37,781 bases of DNA from assembly GCA_035561335.1 (NCBI GenBank), contig DATMXV010000303.1, positions 1 to 37,781 on the forward strand, read 5' to 3'. This document shows, piece after piece, positions 34,211-37,781 of the stretch (the stretch's first letter is position 1; each line of letters opens with the position of its first letter). Made by a program: the position numbers and the translations under genes. Below the pieces are notes generated by a model. That model saw nothing but the letters and a program-made list of their open reading frames with translations. It was not told the origin of the DNA and made no database searches. Source of the DNA: Desulfitobacteriaceae bacterium. Lineage in GTDB: Bacteria; Bacillota; Desulfitobacteriia; Desulfitobacteriales; Desulfitobacteriaceae.

Positions 34211-37200
34211 TCTCCCTGTTTATTTAAAGACCATAACTATTCAAGGATTTAAGTCGTTTGCCGACCGTGTCAAGCTGGAATTAGGCCGGGGGTTAAATGT
34301 GATTGTCGGACCTAACGGCAGCGGGAAGAGTAATGTGGCTGATGCGGTACGTTGGGTATTGGGAGAACAGAGTTTAAAAAGCCTGCGGGGAACAAAAATG
34401 GAAGATTTCATTTTCACCGGGACAATAAACCGGCGTTCCGTGGGTATGGCTGAGGTCACTTTGGTTTTTGATAACTCAACGGGGATATTTCCTCTGGAAT
34501 TTCAGGAAGTTACTATTACCCGGAGGATGTACCGTAATGGGGAGGGACAATTTTCTATTAATCGGGCGGCCTGCCGCCTGAAGGATATTCAGGAACTATT
34601 CATGGATACCGGCGCCGGAAAAGAGGGTTTCTCAATAATCGGTCAGGGCCGGGTTGAGGAAATACTGAATTCAAGATCTGAAGAAAGACGCTTTATTATT
34701 GAAGAGGCGGCCGGAATTACTAAATTTCGGACCCGGAAGAGGGAAGCCTTAAAACGCCTGGATAATTCTGAACAAAATCTCTTGCGGGTTGAAGATATTT
34801 TGCAGGAAATTGAAAACCAACTTGGTCCTTTAAAAGACCAGTCTTTAATTGCCGAACAGAATCTTAAACTTGGAGCTGAAAAAAAGCTTTTGGAAATCCA
34901 ATTGCTTGTCCGGGATTTAGCGGAAGTGCAAAAAAAACTGGCTGGAGTGCAAGCAGATTCTGACGAATTAAAAACCGGATTAGTCAAGGCAATGGCTGAG
35001 TTGGCTGAGGCAGAAAGTGAATATGTCCGGAAAAAGCTGAATTTAAACCACTCTGAGCAGAAACTGCAGAAACAACAAACTGAGGTTAATATCTCTAAAC
35101 AAACTCTTAACTCCCTGAGCCATGACCTGAGTATCAGACAGGAGCGTCAGCGCTATCTTAAAGAGACAATTATCAAGTCAGGCCAGGAAATTGCTGACGA
35201 ATCCCGGAGAACTACGGATTTATCCGAGCGGATAAAAGCTCTTGAAGACAGACAAATTATTCTGGAACGGACAATTGAGGCAGCCAGGAATAAGCTGGCT
35301 GAAGATGAGCGGAAGCTGAAGCTTGCTTGCCAAGCCAAGCAAACAGAACTGATGGAGGACCTGAAAGCTGAACTTTTCGAACTGTTTTCCGAAAAAGCCA
35401 ATTGTTCTAATGAAATAAAAAGTATCACGCAAACGCTTAATAATTTAGACTATCAAAGCAGGCAGCTTAAGCAGGAAAGCGATCAGATTAATCAAAGTGT
35501 GGAGACTAACAGAAAACTTCTTGATACCGGGAATAAGGAACTGGTTAATCTTGAAAAACAGGAACAAATCAGACAAATAGAAGAAGCTGAATTTCAGAAG
35601 AAGCTGGAGAAAACGGAAGAACTAATAGAAGAAGATACTCTTAAATTTAATGGCTTATTAAGAAAAACTGATATGCTGAAAGCAAGATCCCAGGCTTTGC
35701 AGGCTTTGGAGGATTCGCTGGAAGGCTATCAGCAAGGTGTCCGGGAAATCATGCAGGCCAAAAAACAGGGTGTTCCTTCCTGTGCAGTGCTTTGCGGTAC
35801 AGTGGCCGGACTGCTTGAAGTTGACGAAAAACTGGAATTGGCAATTGAAGTTTCCTTAGGTGGGGCCCTTCAGAATATTATTGCCAAAACGGCCGCTGAC
35901 GCCAGGCAGGCAATTGCATTTTTAAAAAATAATCATTTAGGCAGGGCAACTTTTTTGCCTCTTGATGTTATTCAGGCCAATGTGCTTAAGTTAAATAAAG
36001 AAATTACTGCGGACCCGGGGTTTATAGGAATAGCCTTGGATTTGGTAAAATATCATCATGATTTTCGGCCGGCTATGGAATTCTTGCTAGGTAAAATCAT
36101 AGTTGTGCAAGACATGTCGACAGCTGCCAGGATTGCAGATTTTACCCGTTATCAAGTCCGCATAGTAACGTTGGAGGGTGATCAGGTTCATCCCGGCGGT
36201 TCCCTGAGCGGGGGGAGTGTAAAACGGAGAAAAGCTAATCTTTTGGGCCGTTCCCGGGAGATTACCGGTTTACGCGGAGAATTGGAACAGCTTGAGTTGG
36301 AACTTCAGGTCCAGCAGGATATTTGCGCAGATCTTAAGGCAGCTAAACAGAATATTATCGGCAGGCTGGAAGACCTTGCCCGGGAAAAAAAGAAATTAAG
36401 CGAAAGGATTACCCTGATAAAGATTAATAATCAAGGTTTGGAGAAACAAAATAAACACTGGGAAGAGGAAGTGAATCTGGCTGTTTTCAGAGATAAAGAG
36501 ATAGTTTCCGAACGGGCTGAACTGGCAGAAAAAGCAAAGCTAATTTCTGCCCGCCTGGAAGTTATTGAACAAAGAACCGGCGGAGTTCAAGCTGACCTCA
36601 AAAAATACGAACAGGAGGCTAAGGAAACTTCCGAAGAAATCCAAGCTCTGAACGAAAAATTAACCGGATCGAAAATCCAGGTTGCCAAATGGGAACAAGA
36701 ATTTGAACAGTCTACCGCTTTGCTGGTTCAGGAAAAAACTAATTACCGGGAAAAAGAACTAATCTTAAACCAGAAAAAAAATGAACTGGATACTTACTGT
36801 TTGGATGATGGTCAGCTTGAGGAGGAAATTGAGGCCCTGAGCAGGAGTTTTGAAGAAAATAAAATAATTCAGGAGAAAGACTCCCTGGCTTTGGCTTTAT
36901 TGTGTCAGGAACGCGAAAGCCTGCTGATTCACTTGAATGACTATGAGCAGGTCATGCAAACCGGAAGATCGGCAATCCAGTCTCTTGAACAAAAAATACA
37001 TTCTGCTGAACTACGCGCTGCCCGCTTGGAAACCGAATGGGAGACAGGCAAGACTCGTTTAACTGAAGAATATTCCTTATCATGGGAAGAAGCCGGTTCC
37101 TATCTGACCAGTTTGGAGCATCAGGATCTTTGGCAAAAGATTCAGGAAATTAAAGAACAACTTGAAGACCTGGGCCCTGTTAATCAGGCCTCCCTTGAAG

Positions 37201-37781
37201 AATATCCTAAAATGCTCCAGAGACGTGATTTTTTATTTTCTCAGCATCAGGACCTTGTTAAGGCCAATCAGTCTCTCAGAGAACTTATTACCGAACTGGA
37301 CAAGACGATGAGTTCCCGGTTTCAAGCAGGATTTAAGGCCGTTAATGAGGCTTTTAAGGATGTCTTCAGGGAATTGTTCGAAGGGGGAAAAGCGGAACTC
37401 AGACTTGTGGAACCGGAGGACCTTTTAAACTCCGGGGTAGAGATCATAGTTCAGCCTCCCTGGAAAAAACCTCAGACATTATCCCTTCTTTCCGGAGGGG
37501 AACGGGCCCTTACTGCCATAGCCTTACTATTTGCCTTATTACGTGTTAAACCGAGTCCGTTTTGTATCCTGGATGAAATTGAGGCTTCTTTAGATGATAT
37601 AAATATTCAACGCTTTGCCAGGTACCTCAGGCGTCTTTGTGATTTAACCCAGTTTGTGGTTATTTCCCATCGTAAAGGAACAATGGAATCAGCAGATATT
37701 CTATATGGGATAACTATGGAAGAATCGGGAGTTTCCAAGCTGCTTTCCGTCCAATTGGATGATTTTGCCGAGGATATGGCC
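34194..37781 (+). CDS. smc: Chromosome segregation protein SMC (3' end beyond the window)
   Basis: Not in the track because there is no stop codon in the window. ATG 34194 follows the RBS GGGAGGGAGA. It has YLKTITIQGFKSFA, GPNGSGKSN, long coiled coils, a hinge, LSGGE and the ILDEIEASLD Walker B. The frame is open to the last base. Confidence 0.95.
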   Translation, partial: MAKANDLPVYLKTITIQGFKSFADRVKLELGRGLNVIVGPNGSGKSNVADAVRWVLGEQSLKSLRGTKMEDFIFTGTINRRSVGMAEVTLVFDNSTGIFPLEFQEVTITRRMYRNGEGQFSINRAACRLKDIQELFMDTGAGKEGFSIIGQGRVEEILNSRSEERRFIIEEAAGITKFRTRKREALKRLDNSEQNLLRVEDILQEIENQLGPLKDQSLIAEQNLKLGAEKKLLEIQLLVRDLAEVQKKLAGVQADSDELKTGLVKAMAELAEAESEYVRKKLNLNHSEQKLQKQQTEVNISKQTLNSLSHDLSIRQERQRYLKETIIKSGQEIADESRRTTDLSERIKALEDRQIILERTIEAARNKLAEDERKLKLACQAKQTELMEDLKAELFELFSEKANCSNEIKSITQTLNNLDYQSRQLKQESDQINQSVETNRKLLDTGNKELVNLEKQEQIRQIEEAEFQKKLEKTEELIEEDTLKFNGLLRKTDMLKARSQALQALEDSLEGYQQGVREIMQAKKQGVPSCAVLCGTVAGLLEVDEKLELAIEVSLGGALQNIIAKTAADARQAIAFLKNNHLGRATFLPLDVIQANVLKLNKEITADPGFIGIALDLVKYHHDFRPAMEFLLGKIIVVQDMSTAARIADFTRYQVRIVTLEGDQVHPGGSLSGGSVKRRKANLLGRSREITGLRGELEQLELELQVQQDICADLKAAKQNIIGRLEDLAREKKKLSERITLIKINNQGLEKQNKHWEEEVNLAVFRDKEIVSERAELAEKAKLISARLEVIEQRTGGVQADLKKYEQEAKETSEEIQALNEKLTGSKIQVAKWEQEFEQSTALLVQEKTNYREKELILNQKKNELDTYCLDDGQLEEEIEALSRSFEENKIIQEKDSLALALLCQERESLLIHLNDYEQVMQTGRSAIQSLEQKIHSAELRAARLETEWETGKTRLTEEYSLSWEEAGSYLTSLEHQDLWQKIQEIKEQLEDLGPVNQASLEEYPKMLQRRDFLFSQHQDLVKANQSLRELITELDKTMSSRFQAGFKAVNEAFKDVFRELFEGGKAELRLVEPEDLLNSGVEIIVQPPWKKPQTLSLLSGGERALTAIALLFALLRVKPSPFCILDEIEASLDDINIQRFARYLRRLCDLTQFVVISHRKGTMESADILYGITMEESGVSKLLSVQLDDFAEDMA

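Noticed and set aside
1-37781. Search by eye for CRISPR arrays, tRNA/rRNA genes, IS transposases, integrases, toxin-antitoxin pairs, restriction or other defence genes.
   Set aside because: I recognised none. Apart from the two ~230-nt elements and short palindromes there are no regularly spaced direct repeats. Every large ORF has a clear housekeeping, sporulation or lipid-synthesis identity.

Overview
The window is mostly a syntenic housekeeping region on the + strand. Its gene content points to a spore-forming Firmicute, probably in the Clostridia, because gpr, a SASP-like gene, ylbJ and fapR are present; the taxon is inference. The gene order has six parts. (1) A decayed left edge holds a broken SH3b/peptidase gene and a small orphan ORF. 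(2) priA-def-fmt-Zn-metallopeptidase-rsmB-rlmN follows. (3) Next is a translationally coupled cassette of DUF3662-FHA, TM-FHA, PP2C phosphatase, FtsW/RodA, class B PBP and PASTA kinase, followed by rsgA-rpe-thiN. (4) Then come rpmB (-), an Asp23-like gene, recG, a 39-aa SASP-like ORF that converges on gpr (-), rsmD, a coiled-coil protein, ylbJ (-) and yceD-rpmF. (5) The fatty-acid block is fapR-plsX-fabK-fabD-fabG-acpP, a second NMO/FabK-like gene, and fabF. (6) The window ends with rnc and smc, which runs off the right edge. I recognised no tRNA, rRNA, CRISPR array, transposase, integrase or defence gene. The one thing standard annotation does not explain is a ~230-nt element present twice, at 16808-17035 and 28801-29030. 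The two copies are roughly 90% identical by hand alignment. Each lies directly after a stop codon inside an otherwise conserved operon (rpe|thiN and fabK|fabD). Each folds into the same multi-helix structure, with one clean compensatory base-pair change between copies, and each is bounded by short direct repeats. I could not match it to any RNA family or mobile element I know. It is the best candidate for something new here, but that needs Rfam, BLAST and RNA-seq checks that I cannot run.
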